Shown here in pieces: positions 39,643-54,341 of a stretch of 64,000 bases of DNA. Source of the stretch: Octopus vulgaris (taxonomy: Eukaryota); NCBI GenBank assembly GCA_951406725.2, contig OX597828.1, forward strand, positions 71,920,001-71,984,000. Direction: 5' to 3'. Position 1 is the first letter of the stretch. Each line of letters begins with the position of its first letter. Below the pieces are notes generated by a model, which was not told where the DNA came from, did no database searches, and saw nothing but the letters and a program-made list of their open reading frames with translations. A program made the translations under genes and the position numbers.

Positions 39643-40174
39643 CCCTAGAATATTGCCTCTGATTTATAATCCTACCGGTTAATGACCCTCTACTATTGGT
39701 GTTGTTATTGCTCTTATTTTGGACGTACCTACTTCGGTGTAAGAGAAGTGTGGATTCGTACATCCATGGTTGGGTTCTCTCTGTCTCCTGCTGCACTGTG
39801 TGGCATGCGAACTTATTAACTGCTTGTATATACTTGGCCTTTCAACATCTGTCCCATTTATTGTGTATCACCGATGAGGTCAAGTGCAATGTTTTATAAT
39901 GTTTCTACAACTGTTATGTAATCCTTACAGTATTTTACTGAAACGCGTGTATGTTCACTGAAGTATTGAATACCAATCCCTGTATTCTGAATATTATTAT
40001 TTTCATTATTTGGCCCATATTACTCTCATCAGCCTACCTCGAGATTGATGCTGGAGTAGAGTGTGGAACTCACTGTTGAGTCCCAATTTTGGTCACATGT
40101 CGCGCTTGTCTCGATACATACATACATACATACATACATACATACATACATACATACATACATACATACATACA

Positions 40175-40555
40175 TTGTACGAGTTGGCAGTGAGCTCCTC
40201 AAGAAGCACTCTCTTCTTGATGGTCTCCTATACAGCCCCCAAAGAAGCTGGTCTCTCTTACATCAGAGAAGACCTGGATGGAAAGCACTCAGTATACAAA
40301 AAAAGAAAAAAAGACTATGCATGGGTATGTTGTCCGGAAGCTTGAAGAAGACAGTGGAATTGACACGAAGCGCAGCCTATCTTGGACACAAGACCACTAC
40401 ATCACACCACCCTTTGAAGGCTATGCGTTTGCAATCCAGGAACAGGAGATTACCACAAAGTACCCGGTGAACAAGAGAGACAGTGACGCTCTTGTAATCC
40501 CAAGGTGCAGCCGCATGCGTAGGCTATGTCATGATTATGTGGAAGACATTACTAG
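40175..40555 (+). mobile_element. Fragment of an R4/Dong-type (RLE) non-LTR retrotransposon
   Basis: KTMHGY...SLSWTQ...FEGYAFAIQEQEITTKY...RLCHDYVEDIT, typical of the post-RT region before the CCHC finger; follows (TACA)n. Confidence 0.65.
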
Positions 40556-41403
40556 TTACGACAGAGTTTGGGACAGAATGAGATGGAGAGGGAAGCCAGT
40601 CTTTTAACTCTCTTCATCTTTATACACAGGTGGGTTTTTTTTCTTTAAATGATAAAAATCAGGAAATAATTGCTTTGATTCAACAGTTTATTTTTCAAAG
40701 CTTCTTACCGTATTTCGGTTTTTCACGCCTCCTCAGTGCAGGTCTATGCAACATCCATATTAATTTTCTCGTTGAAATCGAAGGAGAATTCACATCTCCC
40801 GCGGATTACATTCCGGGTTGGAATTCATAGTCCCTGCGGAGCTGTTGCACACAATATGTTCGGAAGTGTGTATAATATGGCCAGAGTTGTGTATATAATC
40901 GCCAGAGGTGTGTATAATATGGCCAGATGTGTGTACAGTTGTTAAACAGAATTAAATCTGGCGGCGAAATCGGTTTTAAAATTACGTGGATTACTCGAGG
41001 CAGGGGAATTGTTCCTTGAAATGTAATCCTTCGAGTTTATTGGATTCTACAGACATGTACTGAAGAGTTCAAAGATGTAGAAACAGACAACTAATTAGAA
41101 TAAGTTTTTATGTGAACGAATCCCAAAAAGACCGATATATGTTTGTTGCTTTCACCTGTTGGGTTCAAAGAGAAGATCCAATCCGTTACGACCTGCGTGG
41201 TTTCTATTTTCCCAAAACCCTTGGCTGCGAGATGTTTCTTGAGTTATTTATTTTACGTGTCGTTTAAACACTGCTTGAGGGAGTTTTTCTCTAATAATTG
41301 CGTGAATAATCAAAGTCTATTAACTCACTATATTCCGTGTGTGAAACACCCTTAACTTATACAGATGTGTACACTACACTACACACACACACACATATAT
41401 ATG

Positions 41404-41435
<32 letters not shown>

Positions 41436-41457
41436 TGTATGTATGTATGTATGTATG

Positions 41458-41508
<51 letters not shown>

Positions 41509-43469
41509 GAATGTATGTATAAAAGAATACAAAAATGGGACAAGAACGCAACAGGCGACAGCAAGACATGCAGACAGTTAGATGATACAAAAAAAAGACA
41601 AAAGAAAAAACAAATTCGGAGTGTATGAGTGTGTGTGTGCGCGTGTGTATATGTTTGCTTCCAGCGCCAAAGATTATTGTATCCATAAAAGGAAGAATGT
41701 CTCCACTCAGCTGCGCCAAATCATCAGCGTTCAAACAGCTGCGCCCTATTGTCTCATCCAGATGTAAAATATATATAGAGAGAGTGCTCAACTTTGGACA
41801 AGCTCCTAAATAATTCTAACGTGATATCTTATTTCTGACTTCAAATATCTGTGGAGTCGGCATTGCATGTCAGTCATCTCAGGTCATTCCTCTAATTATC
41901 TATGTCATTAGACTAATTACTAGGGTGTGCTCAGTGCTTGATTAACACCACCCTCCCCCCACCCTCACAATAGAAGGACTGCCCCTGTTTCCTGGCAGCA
42001 TTTAAACAGCTGCCGCCAGCATTTGTTTGGAGTTAATTTATTCAGACAATTTTCCTAAACAAACATCTGTAAGAGTAACCATTAGAAACTAGAAATTAAT
42101 TAGCAATCATTAAGATAATTAATTTGAAATTTCTTCTGTATTTGATTAAACGTTCAAGGAAAATGCGATAGAATTGATGTTGTTCTTGAACGGATTTGAT
42201 TGGTGCTTGCAGGGAGTCGATAAAGCTTGATTATACACACGATGAATGTGGGGCTTTGGTTGCGGTTTCAAGTCCAGGGCTATTCTAAGGGCTTCAGAAG
42301 GAATTATAATTATAAGAATTACAGATGTAATCCCTTTCAAGGCAGAATCGTTAACACGCCGGACAAAGTGCTTAGCGGCATTTCGTTCGTCTTCGTGTTC
42401 TGAGTTCAAATTGTGCCAATGTCGACGTTGGCTTTCATTTTTTGGGGGGGGTCGATATAGTAAGTACCAGTTGATCACTGGGGTCGATCTAATCGGCTTA
42501 CCCCCTCTTCGAAATCACTGGAACCAATCGTTGCGGTTTTAAATCCAAAGCTATTCTAAGGGTTTCAGAATTACAAATATAATTCCTTTCAGTAATTTAT
42601 TTTATCCTTTCAGGAGCGATAAAATGTGTACCAGTAAAATACTGGGTCGATGTAATCGGCTTAGAACCCCGCCACCGAAATTGCAGGCCTTGTGCCAAAC
42701 TTTGAAACCGATAATATATTTTATCATTGTTATTCTGAGATTTGGTCAAGGGTTTTGGGGGATGGAACTGGTTTAGGGTTGATTTGGCATGTTGCAAGTT
42801 CTGTAGGAGAGAGAAGGCGAGAGAGGGATGGAGAGAGAGAGGGGAGAGAGAGACAGATATATAGAGAGAGGAGGTAGAGAGAGAGAGAAGTGGAGAGACA
42901 GATATAGGTAAATAGAGAGACAGAGAGAGACATAAAGTTAATAATTTTGAGAGGAGGGGGATTCGTCGATATTATTGACCCCAGTACATGACTGGTGCAT
43001 TGTTTTATCAACCCCGGAATTAATGGAAGGCGAAGTTGACATCGACGAGATTTGATCGTAAAATGGCGGACGAAATACTGTGACGCATTTCCTCCCGACG
43101 CTCAACCACTCTGCCAGATCGCCTTCCTGAAAAATGTATTAATTATTGTTTTATTGTTTCAAATGTTTGGCACAAAGCCAGCAATTTTAAAGGGAGGGAG
43201 AGGGTTAGTCGATTACATCAGCCCCAGTATACGACTGTTACTTTATTTTAATCGAGTCCGAAAGGATGAAAAGTAGAGTTTCTTTGGCGGGAATTGAACT
43301 TAAGACGTCAATAACCGGAAGACGTAAATTGCTACTTCGTATTTTGTTCGACGCACTAACGATTCTGTCAGGAATATAATAAGAGAAAAGTGAATCGGTT
43401 GGATCACATTTGAAGAAAAAAAAAGATAAGAAATAAACAAAACAGTAAACCCCTCCTCTCTCTCTCTCT

Positions 43470-44578
43470 GTACACACACATACACACAAACATACATACA
43501 TATATATATATATACATAAATGCATACACACAAGCATACATACATACATACATACACACAAACATACATACATACATACATACATACATACATCCATACA
43601 TACACACACACAGACATACATACACACACACAGACATACATACATACACATACATACATACATACATACATACATACATACACACAGACATACATACACA
43701 CACACATACATACACACACACACATACATGCATACATACATACATACACACAGACATACATACACACACATACATACACACACACATACATACATGCATA
43801 CATACATACATACATACACATTCATACATAATATATACACACATACGTACATACATACATAAATACATACATACAAACATGCATACATATAATGCATACA
43901 CAAACATACGTAGATCTACACACATACACATACATACATAATCCATCCATTCATCCATCCATCCATACATACATACATACAAACATACATACATACATAT
44001 ATACATACATACATAAATACATACACACACACATACATACATACATACATACATACATACATACATACATACATACATACATACATACATACATACATAA
44101 TACATACACACACACACATACATACATACATATATACATATATATATACATACATACATACATACATACATACATGCATACATGCATGCATGCATACATG
44201 CATGCATGCATACATACATACATACATACATACATACATACATACATACATACACACATACATACATACATACATATATACATATATATATACATACATA
44301 CATACATACATACATACATACATACATGCATGCATGCATACATACATACATACATACATACATACATACATACATACATACACACATACATACATACATA
44401 CATATATACATATATACATACATACATACATACATACATACATACATACATACATACATACATACATACATACATACATACATACATACATACATACATA
44501 CACACATACATACATACATACATACATACACACATACATACATACATACATGCATACATACATGCATGCATACATATG
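43470..44578. repeat. ~1.1-kb degenerate (TACA)n array
   Basis: Direct reading. Confidence 0.98.
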
Positions 44579-44826
44579 TATTTGTGTACCAACAATAAAT
44601 TTAATTCGATTCTCAGCACTGAGTCACTTTATCAGTAAATGTCCCCATTATTATTCTTAAACAAGCTTTGAAATCTATACCACAGAAGAAAGGCAGCTTA
44701 TTGATTAGTTAGGAGTGTGGAACTTGTACAAAAACAGGCTGCCGTTAAAGTCTACATTCTCTAGAAAATTCATCAAAATTCTAATTGCTTGAAGCTAAAT
44801 CTTTTCTTACATTTCGATCCTTGGAT

Positions 44827-44874
<48 letters not shown>

Positions 44875-44925
44875 ATAAATAAATATATATACATACTTAC
44901 ATATATGTATACCTACATCTACATG

Positions 44926-44980
<55 letters not shown>

Positions 44981-44983
<3 letters not shown>

Positions 44984-45340
44984 TACAGGACACCACAAAT
45001 AGACGTAGAACTCAACGAGAAACGAAAACATAAAAACAAACATGGAAACAGGACTTTTTAACAACGAAAAAACAGAGTACAAGACAAACAATACAAGGAA
45101 TATTCCCCTTCATCAGCTGTCCCTGGTTCGACACGGACTGGTTCGACGGGTCGTGTTCTGTCCTTACCTTCGAAATACGCATGGAGTCGAACCAGGGGCA
45201 GCTGATAAAGGGGAATATTCCTTGTATTGTTTGTCTTGTACTCTGTTTTTTCGTTGTTAAAAAAAGTCCGTTTCCATGTTTGTTTTTATGTTTTCGTTTC
45301 TCGTTGAGTTCTACGTCTATTTGTGGTGTCCTGCACTCAC
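44981..45340. mobile_element. Fold-back copy of the permuted-hammerhead element (arms ~44981-45131 and ~45187-45338)
   Basis: Near-perfect inverted arms; full motif at 45152-45213 (+); the left arm retains CTGATGA on the minus strand. Confidence 0.85.
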
Positions 45341-45408
<68 letters not shown>

Positions 45409-45542
45409 CATATATATGCATGCATATATACATGTAGATGTAGGTACGTACATATATGTATGTATGCATATATTTTATTTATTAAATTATTGTATGACTG
45501 AGCGCCCTCGCGTCGTTTCGTTTCTTTTCTTTTCTCCAAGTA

Positions 45543-45605
<63 letters not shown>

Positions 45606-45606
<1 letters not shown>

Positions 45607-46166
45607 TAGGTTGTCCGGAAAGTTCGTGCCGATTTATAGTAGCTTACCTTTCGACTTATTTTAAAACATGGTTGAGTCCATAAAATAGGATTTGACTACA
45701 CCTCCATTTAGAGCACAGTTTAAACTATCTTTTCGTGGAAGAAGCTTTATGTTCCTATAACCTGTGTTAATTCTGTAACCCTTTAAAATGGAAGATAAGA
45801 AAGTTCATATTTGGCATTTGATGCTTTGGGAACCAGACAAAAATTGCTCCAGCTTGGCTGGGATGTGTTACCCTACCTTCCATATTTACCAGATATTGCT
45901 TCTTCGGATTTCCACTTATTCAGGTCTCTGCAGAATAGTCTTAATGGTAAAAATTTCAATTCCTTGGATTACGTAAAAAGATACCTTGATGAATTCTTTG
46001 CCATGAAACCACCTCAGATCTGGGAAGAGGGTATTTTCAAGTTAAAGGAAAGATGGAGAGGCATTGTGCAACAAAATGGGTCATATTTGGTTGATTAAAA
46101 ATGTAATGGCAAGTATTTATTGACCTTTTTCTTTCCTTTAAAATCGGCACGAACTTTCCGGACAAC

Positions 46167-46170
<4 letters not shown>
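45606..46170 (+). mobile_element. Internally deleted mariner with intact 30-bp TIRs
   Basis: TTAGGTTGTCCGGAAAGTTCGTGCCGATTT / AAATCGGCACGAACTTTCCGGACAACCCAA; MEDKKVHIWHLMLWE fused out of frame to LGWDVLPYLPYLPDIASSDFHLFRSLQN. Confidence 0.95.
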
Positions 46171-46239
<69 letters not shown>

Positions 46240-46271
46240 TACTGTGGTTAACCCAGACTCAACCCGGGACC

Positions 46272-46318
<47 letters not shown>

Positions 46319-46395
46319 ATAATATTAGGGAGTAAATCCAAACTTACAGGGAAAAATTAGATTTAGGATTAAATCTAATTTTATAGTATAAATAT

Positions 46396-46624
46396 ATATT
46401 ATATTAAATTAGAGATAAAACCACTATTAGGCAAATCAAACAGTGAAAATCATAAGCCAATACATAGAAATAAAATTAATTAAAAAATATATAAAAAATA
46501 TAAAATATAAAATATAAAAATCCAATTAAAATATTTAAATTAAAGTTAAAATTTAAAAAAGTATTTAAATTAATAATTTAAACTTATAAATTATAAATAT
46601 ATATATATTTTTATTACTTTATTT

Positions 46625-46657
<33 letters not shown>

Positions 46658-46910
46658 TATTTTTTATTTTTTTTATTTTATTTAATTTTATTATTATTAT
46701 TATATTTTTTTTTATTTTTATATTTTTATATTTTTATATTTATTTATTTAATTATTTATTTATCTAATTTAAATATTTTAATTGGATTTTTATATTTTAT
46801 ATTTTATATTTTTTATATATTTTTTAATTAATTTTATTTCTATGTATTGGCTTATGATTTTCACCATTTGATTTGCCTAATAGTGGTTTTATCTCTAATT
46901 TAATATAATA
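46396..46910. repeat. AT-rich inverted repeat (~145-bp arms)
   Basis: TAGAGATAAAACCACTATTAGGCAAATCAAA / TTTGATTTGCCTAATAGTGGTTTTATCTCTA. Confidence 0.9.
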
Positions 46911-47808
46911 CATATATATATATATTTTATTTATTTATTTTTTTATTTTATCTAGTTTCAGCTCACGAGCTGTGGCCATGCTGGGGCACCGCCATTTATA
47001 TATATATATATATATATGCGTGTGTGTGTGTATGTGTGTGTGTGCATGTATGTGTGTGTGTGTGTGTATGTATATATATATATATATCGGGACGGTCATT
47101 TTTTTTGCCAAATGAATACACGCACTGTATATTCGTTCTTCACTTTAGATTTATTATCGTTTTATTTTATGTCCTTTGTCACACATCCTGTGACCTCTTT
47201 AGCGTCTCCCCACCTCACATGTCACCTCCTACTTTTGTTTAGTCCAGTCCGAATGGCCCGCGAGTGCATTTTGCCCGATCCTCTAAGCTGTTTTCACAGC
47301 TATTCTCCTGCGTTCTTGATTTCTTTCCTTTTTTCCATCGATATATATGTACATATACACACATATGTGTGTGTGTGTTCTTTTGTTCGTTTCATACTAG
47401 AGCACCGCCTTTTAGTCGAAGAAATCGACTGCAGGACTTATTCTTTGTAAGCCTGGTACTTATTGCATCGGGACCTTTTGCCGAACTGCTAAGGACGTAA
47501 GCACACCAACATCTCTTGTTAAGCGATGGTGTATGTGTGATGGTAGTGGTAGTGGTGGTGTGTGTGTGTGATGGTAGTGGTGGTGGTGGTGGTGTGTGTG
47601 TGATGGTGGTGGTGATGATGAGGTGTACTACAAAGGAACACATAAAATATATACACATACATACACACTCAAGATGGGCTTCACTTCAGTTTCCGCCTAC
47701 CAAATCCACTCACAAGGCTTTGGTCGGCCCGAGGCTATAGTAGAAGACACCTGAGCAAGGTGCTACGCAGTGGGACTGAACCCGGAACCACATACATACA
47801 TACATACA

Positions 47809-47872
<64 letters not shown>

Positions 47873-47874
47873 TA

Positions 47875-48205
47875 TATGGGTACAGGACGTCACCAACGGT
47901 GCAAATAACATGAAATACGTAAACAAATGAGTTAAATACGTAAACAACGAGGACTAAAATGGAAAACAAGACACATAAACACAGATAAACGACCCTTCAT
48001 CAGTTGTCGGCTGTCCATCTACTTCTCGTTTCAAGCATTCAACGACAATATGAGTCTTCAAAGACAGTTGCTCCCATAAGTTCTAAAATAAAATTTAGGA
48101 TTTATGGAGGGTCAAAGTTGGGAACAAAAACAGGGCAGCGGAGACGTACAAGGAAACTGAACGAAGACAAACATGGAGGGTTATTAGACCAGAACGAGAG
48201 GACTA

Positions 48206-48206
<1 letters not shown>
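47875..48206 (-). mobile_element. Permuted-hammerhead retroelement end with intact catalytic core (47993-48055)
   Basis: Upstream hairpin CTCCATAA...TTATGGGAG; motif; terminal GTCCTGTACCCATA(TA)n. Confidence 0.75.
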
Positions 48207-48251
<45 letters not shown>

Positions 48252-48254
<3 letters not shown>

Positions 48255-50528
48255 TTAAAAATGTTTTAGCCCGAAGGCCGCGGCCATGCTGGGGCACCAC
48301 CGCTGAATGAGCTACACTAGTTTGTGAATCCACCTCTGATACGTGGCACTTGATCAACAAGGGAGTTCGATGCTGCTGCCCGCATCCGTGTCTCCTGTCG
48401 TGAGGTAGGTTCATCTGGGACTCCCAACAAGAAGAGATCCAGTTTAGTTTTAAAGAAACCCACATCCACACCATGTAAGTCTCTCAGGCATTTAGGGAGG
48501 ATGTTAAAGAGCTGTGGTCCTCTGAAACCCAAGCTGTTGCAGTATCTGGACCTGTATTTTGATGGTGATGTTGGAATCCTTGGCACCACGCAGCGGCGCC
48601 CCGTTCTGCGGTTGGAGTAACTTTGAATGCCAAAGTTTGGGACAAGACCCTCCAGGATTTTCCAGATGTATATCACTGCATATCTCTCCCGCCTCCGCTC
48701 CAGGGAGAAGAGGTTTAATACCTTCAGTCTTTCCCAGTAGCTGACATTTTGCATTGAGACGATTTTCTTTGTGTAGCTTCTCTGAGTTGCTTCGAGTTCT
48801 GCTGTTTGTTTTATATTGTGTGGTGACCAAAGTTGGGAGCAGTAGTCCAAGCGGCTGAGGACAAATGTTTTCCATAGGACCATCAGTGTCTCCTTCTCTC
48901 TTGTTCTGAAAGTTCGGAGAATCCATCCAGCTAGCCGTCTGCATTTTATCACCAGATTAGCAATATGCATTTGGAAAGATGCATCATTGCTCATGTCAAT
49001 GCCCAGGTCAAGCACTGATTTTGACTCAGGGATTGCAATTCTTCCTGGGCCAGTGTATCCAGTCTTCACGTCATTTACCTTTGTGTGTCAGTAGCGCAGG
49101 GCCTGGAACTTACCTGCATTAAACTGCATGTTGTTGTCCTCAGCCCACCTGTATATTGTGTCCAGCTCATGTTGCAGATGCGCAATATTTTCAGGGTTTT
49201 GTATTGCGTGGGAGACTTTTGTGTCATCTGCATAGCTAGCAAGGGTGGTCATCGTAGCAACTGAAGGCATGTCTGAAAGGGCCACTATGAACATCAGTGG
49301 CCCCAAGACAGTGCCCTGTGGGACACCGCTTGTTATTTGCGTTTCCCTGGAGGTGGCTCCATTGCTCACAACTGCCTGTTTTCTGTCTTTTAGGAAGTTG
49401 TGCAGCCACTCTCCAAGTTTCCCGCCTATGCCGAGACCACGCAGTTTGTGACAGATCATACCATGGTCGACTTTATCAAAGGCTTTTGCAAAGTCAAGAT
49501 ATATTACATCCACATTTGAGCCATTTAGTAGCTGTTTCAACACCCAGTCATAGTGTTGCAGGAGCTGTGTTAGGCAGCCTCTACCTGGTCGAAATCCATG
49601 CTGGGTGTCAGACAGTAAGTCATTTTCTTCAAGGAACATGATTAGTTTCTTACGGACTATTCGTTCCATGACTTTGCTGATGTGTGAGGTCAGAGAGATA
49701 GGCCTATAATTTTTAGAATCTGCTCTGCTACCTCCCTTATGGATAGGGCATATTACCCCCTCTTTCAGTTTGACTGGGAGCTTACCACTTGCAAGAAAGC
49801 TCTGAAAAAGAAGCTGTAGCGGTTTTGCAAGGGCTCGTTTGCACGATTTGAGAAGGATCGCTGGGAATCCATCAGGTCCAGCAGCTGAGTTTGTGTTAAT
49901 CTCATCAATGGCTAGTGTGATATCATCTTCTTCGATGTTGATGTACTCAATTTTTGTCTCTTTGGCCGCTGGTAAAGTGGCAAAGAATTCTTCTGGGTTG
50001 TTTACTTGCCTGTGTCCTAGAGGTGTAGTGAACACACTTTGGAACTGTTCGTTCAGTATTTCACTTATCCTCGTGGGATTTCCTGTGAGAGAGCCATCTT
50101 TTTGGAAGAGAGGTCCTATTCTCTGGTGCACTGTGGCTGTCTCTTTGGCAAACTTAAAGAAAGCTTTAGGGTTTGATTTTATATTTTCTATTACCCAAGC
50201 TTCTTTATCTGCTCTCTCCTTTTCATGGGACTGATGTAGACTTTTCTCAGTTTCCATTAGCATTCTTTCGAGCCGAGACTTCTCACCACTTTTGGTGTGC
50301 TTGCTCAGGCGGTTTGCAATCCTTGTCCGTCGTCTCATAAGAATCCTCCTTTCTCTAGGGATCCTGTTTTTGTTCTTGTGTGTGCTGGCCCTGCACATTG
50401 GGACATATTTGTCACATATGGCTTGTATTATGGACATGAAGTGTTTGTGTTTCATGTTTATGTCCGGTGTGGAGAGACATTCAGGCCAATCCTGTTTGAG
50501 GATCTCTTTCTCAATCGACTTCCAGTTT
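48252..50528 (-). mobile_element. 5'-truncated CR1-clade LINE (reverse transcriptase), one in-frame stop
   Basis: AAGPDG, NYRPISLTS, QHGFR, LDFAKAFDKVDH, SGVPQGTVLGP, YADD, LERRRERY. ORFs 50455-49088 and 49069-48317 are in the same frame separated by TGA. Short 3' UTR GGTGCCCCAGCATGGCCGC. Confidence 0.95.
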
Positions 50529-50537
50529 TATATATAT

Positions 50538-50905
<368 letters not shown>

Positions 50906-51381
50906 GGGGAAAATAATGCAGAGCAGATAAGAAGCTATAGAATCACAGTAAGTGTTTCAATATGTTTTTCCCCCTATACGTATTAGGACCGCAATTGCTG
51001 TCACAAAATTGCGAAATCTGATTTGTATATTTACGAAAACTGAATACTTTTACGTGGCTAAGTTAAGTCAATTTATAAATTCTTGTCTTTGAGAGTTTTG
51101 TATTACTCTGAATGTATTTATTTACTAAACGAGTGAGTGCTGTTAGAGAAATCAAGGAAATAACGGGAAATTAGACGTAGCATTTAAGAAAATCACACAA
51201 GTTGGGGATCAACGGTGTAGGTAATGTTTAGCGGCCAGTAGTAAGCCGATACTCTGGAACTTGTTAGATGAATATTTCCAATAAAATGGAATTTCCCAGA
51301 GATAATGGCATAATTTAAAATACAAAAATATCAGAAGTGAATTTGTTGCTACGGCTGTTTCGTACGCTGTAGGCCTAAAGA

Positions 51382-52285
51382 TACAGGCTGTTCCGACTGA
51401 ATTTAACAGTTTGCATAAATGAGAAAGAAAACAATATCCTATTCAAAAATAAAAATATTAAAAAAAAATTATGAGTTATCAACAAAAATATGGCTGGGAG
51501 GTAACAATTTGCTTAGAGTCGCCGGCCTCAGCTTCCACCACAGTCTCAAGGTGGTCCCAGAACCTGCTGCATGCACTCTTCTCTGTATCCATCGATAGAT
51601 CTTCGAACACCTTAGTCTTGGACACCAGCTCGGCCTTCGTGTTGCGGGCGGGCAGAGCATTTCGTATATTTCCCAACCGTGCCCCACACATAGGAATTCA
51701 TGGATTACAATTAGGAGTATCAGGACGTCCGAAATTAGGGCTGGAGACATCGTAGAAATTCTCCAGCAACCACTTTTGACTCTTTCCAGAGGCATGGCAA
51801 CGAGCCAGAATCCTGCTGACAAACATAAGGCCTTCCAGCAACAACCATCTCCAACCAGGGTTTGACCACAGCTTCCAGCACCCTCTGAATTAAGCCTAAG
51901 GCCTCGTTCAAATATGTTGGGGTTTGTATCGTCATAACGCCTGCTGTGTCCCTTCATGGTGGCCACGGACGGCTTCCTAGTCTCCCTTGCAGCTGTCCAT
52001 GCCATGTCTTTACAGTGTTCACAGAGCATTGAGCAGCAGTCATGATGTCGACATATTCACACCCTACGCGAACCACAATGGCACAGGTAACCCTTTGCTA
52101 ATATTCGGATGTCTTCCAGTCCTCCATATCAGCTTTCTCGCAACTATATCTTTAAGCCTTATGCTCTCCAACGCCTTTGGCTCTTCATCAATACATCAAA
52201 CTGCTCCCGAAGACAGGAAACACAAGAAAATCGCCAAATTCAGTCCGAACATTCTGTTGTATCTACGTGTTCTCTGCTATTTCTA
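51382..52285 (-). mobile_element. Decayed Tc1/mariner superfamily element (maT/DD37D-like)
   Basis: LEAVVKPWLEMVVAGRPYVCQQDS and ACSRFWDHLETVVEAEAG fragments, frameshifted. Confidence 0.65.
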
Positions 52286-52522
52286 GCATATTGAATGACT
52301 TTATGAGCGGGTGGAGTAGTTCTGGGTTTGCTTAAGGGCGAAAAGCGATTAAGATTATTTTTTAAAAATGAAGAAAAACTGGCTGAACGAGTTGTTAGTA
52401 TTTGACGAATAAAGAATACAAAAGAAAATTAGAAGTTACAGATCGGAAAGATTAGACAAATTGGGGATTAAATATTATTTAGCGACCAGCAGAAAAACCA
52501 CCCGGGGGGCCGTGCCTTCGGC

Positions 52523-52593
<71 letters not shown>

Positions 52594-52737
52594 TAATAAT
52601 AATAACAATAATAATGATGGCATGAACTGCTCTCTCACACAATAATAATAATGATGATGATGATGATGATGAAAATGTATGTATGTATGTATGTATGTAT
52701 GTATGTATGTATGTATGTATGTATGTATGCATGTATG

Positions 52738-52771
<34 letters not shown>

Positions 52772-52774
52772 TGC

Positions 52775-52807
<33 letters not shown>

Positions 52808-52853
52808 TGTATGTATGCATATATGTATGTATGTATGTATGTATGCATGTATG

Positions 52854-52887
<34 letters not shown>

Positions 52888-53710
52888 TGTATGTATGTAT
52901 GTATGTATGTATGTATGTATGTATGTGTGTGTGTGTGTGTGTGTGTGTGCAGAACCACAATTAGCATTAACAACATCATTAACAACAAACACAACAACAA
53001 CAACAACAACAACAACAGCAACAACAATTCTGATAGTTATGAGGTATTTCGCATTCCAGTTCATAAAACGTAATTAAGGGACCTTGGAATTTCTATTTAA
53101 TAATAAATCTGGTTAACTTTTCTCCAATAAACAGATTTACGATATTAATTAACTCTTGTAGTTATAGGGTGGCTGAGGACGAAGAGGTGGCTGAGGATGA
53201 AGAGGTGGCTGAGGATGAAGAGGTGGTGGTGGTGGCTGAGGATGAAGAGGCGGTGGTGGTGGTGGTGGCGGTGGTGGCGGTGGAATTACCATTCCCAAAA
53301 TTCTATCATTTCTAAGAACCACGAAGGCTGCATTCAGCGATGTTAATGAAGTCTGCGTCATCGATGTCGTCGACGCCATCCTCATCATCATCGCTCTTCC
53401 TATCGTGGTTGTCATCATCGTCATCATGATCGCCGCCGTCGTCGTCATCATCATTGCTATTGTCATCGTTATCTTATTATTATCATCATCGTCGTCGTCG
53501 TCGTCGTCGTCATCATCATCATCATCATCATCATCGTCATCATCATCATCATCATCAGCATCATCATCATCATCATCATCATCCTCATCGTCGTCGTCGT
53601 CGTCGTCGTCGTCATCGCCAATCTTGGTCATCGTTGTCATCATCATCGACGTCATCATAGCCATCACTATCATCATCATCATCGTTCTTCTCATCGTTGC
53701 CATCGCCTTC

Positions 53711-54127
53711 GTCCAGCTTCACCACATTAAGTTTGGTAACCTGCACTTAACTATAGTGTCTTCATGCAGAAGGCAACCTGGGGAAATTTTCCACTGGCGT
53801 CTGATAATGTAAGTTTTAGCCATCGCCTTTGTCGTCGTCGTCATCATCAACATTACCACAATGTCCACCGCAACCATCCCACCATTCTAATTAGACTGCC
53901 CAACAATGTGGCTGACCACACGAGTCAAAGTGGAGAATTTTTTCGAGAACTATGTCCGCAGCGGAAGCTCTTCACACGTCCAAATACACTCGGACATGTT
54001 GGCAACAATTTACACAAATATATGAGTGTGTGCATATATGTGTGTGTGTGTATGCCGCGAATGTGTGTGTAAACAGATAGATCGATCGATAGATAGATAG
54101 ACAGATCGATCAATCGATCGATCGATC

Positions 54128-54177
<50 letters not shown>

Positions 54178-54178
54178 C

Positions 54179-54269
<91 letters not shown>

Positions 54270-54274
54270 GAGGC

Positions 54275-54307
<33 letters not shown>

Positions 54308-54310
54308 GGC

Positions 54311-54341
<31 letters not shown>

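Noticed and set aside
53149-53703. 184-aa poly-Asp/poly-Pro ORF with 18-bp PPLHPQ repeats
   Set aside because: Trinucleotide and minisatellite origin; no independent coding evidence.
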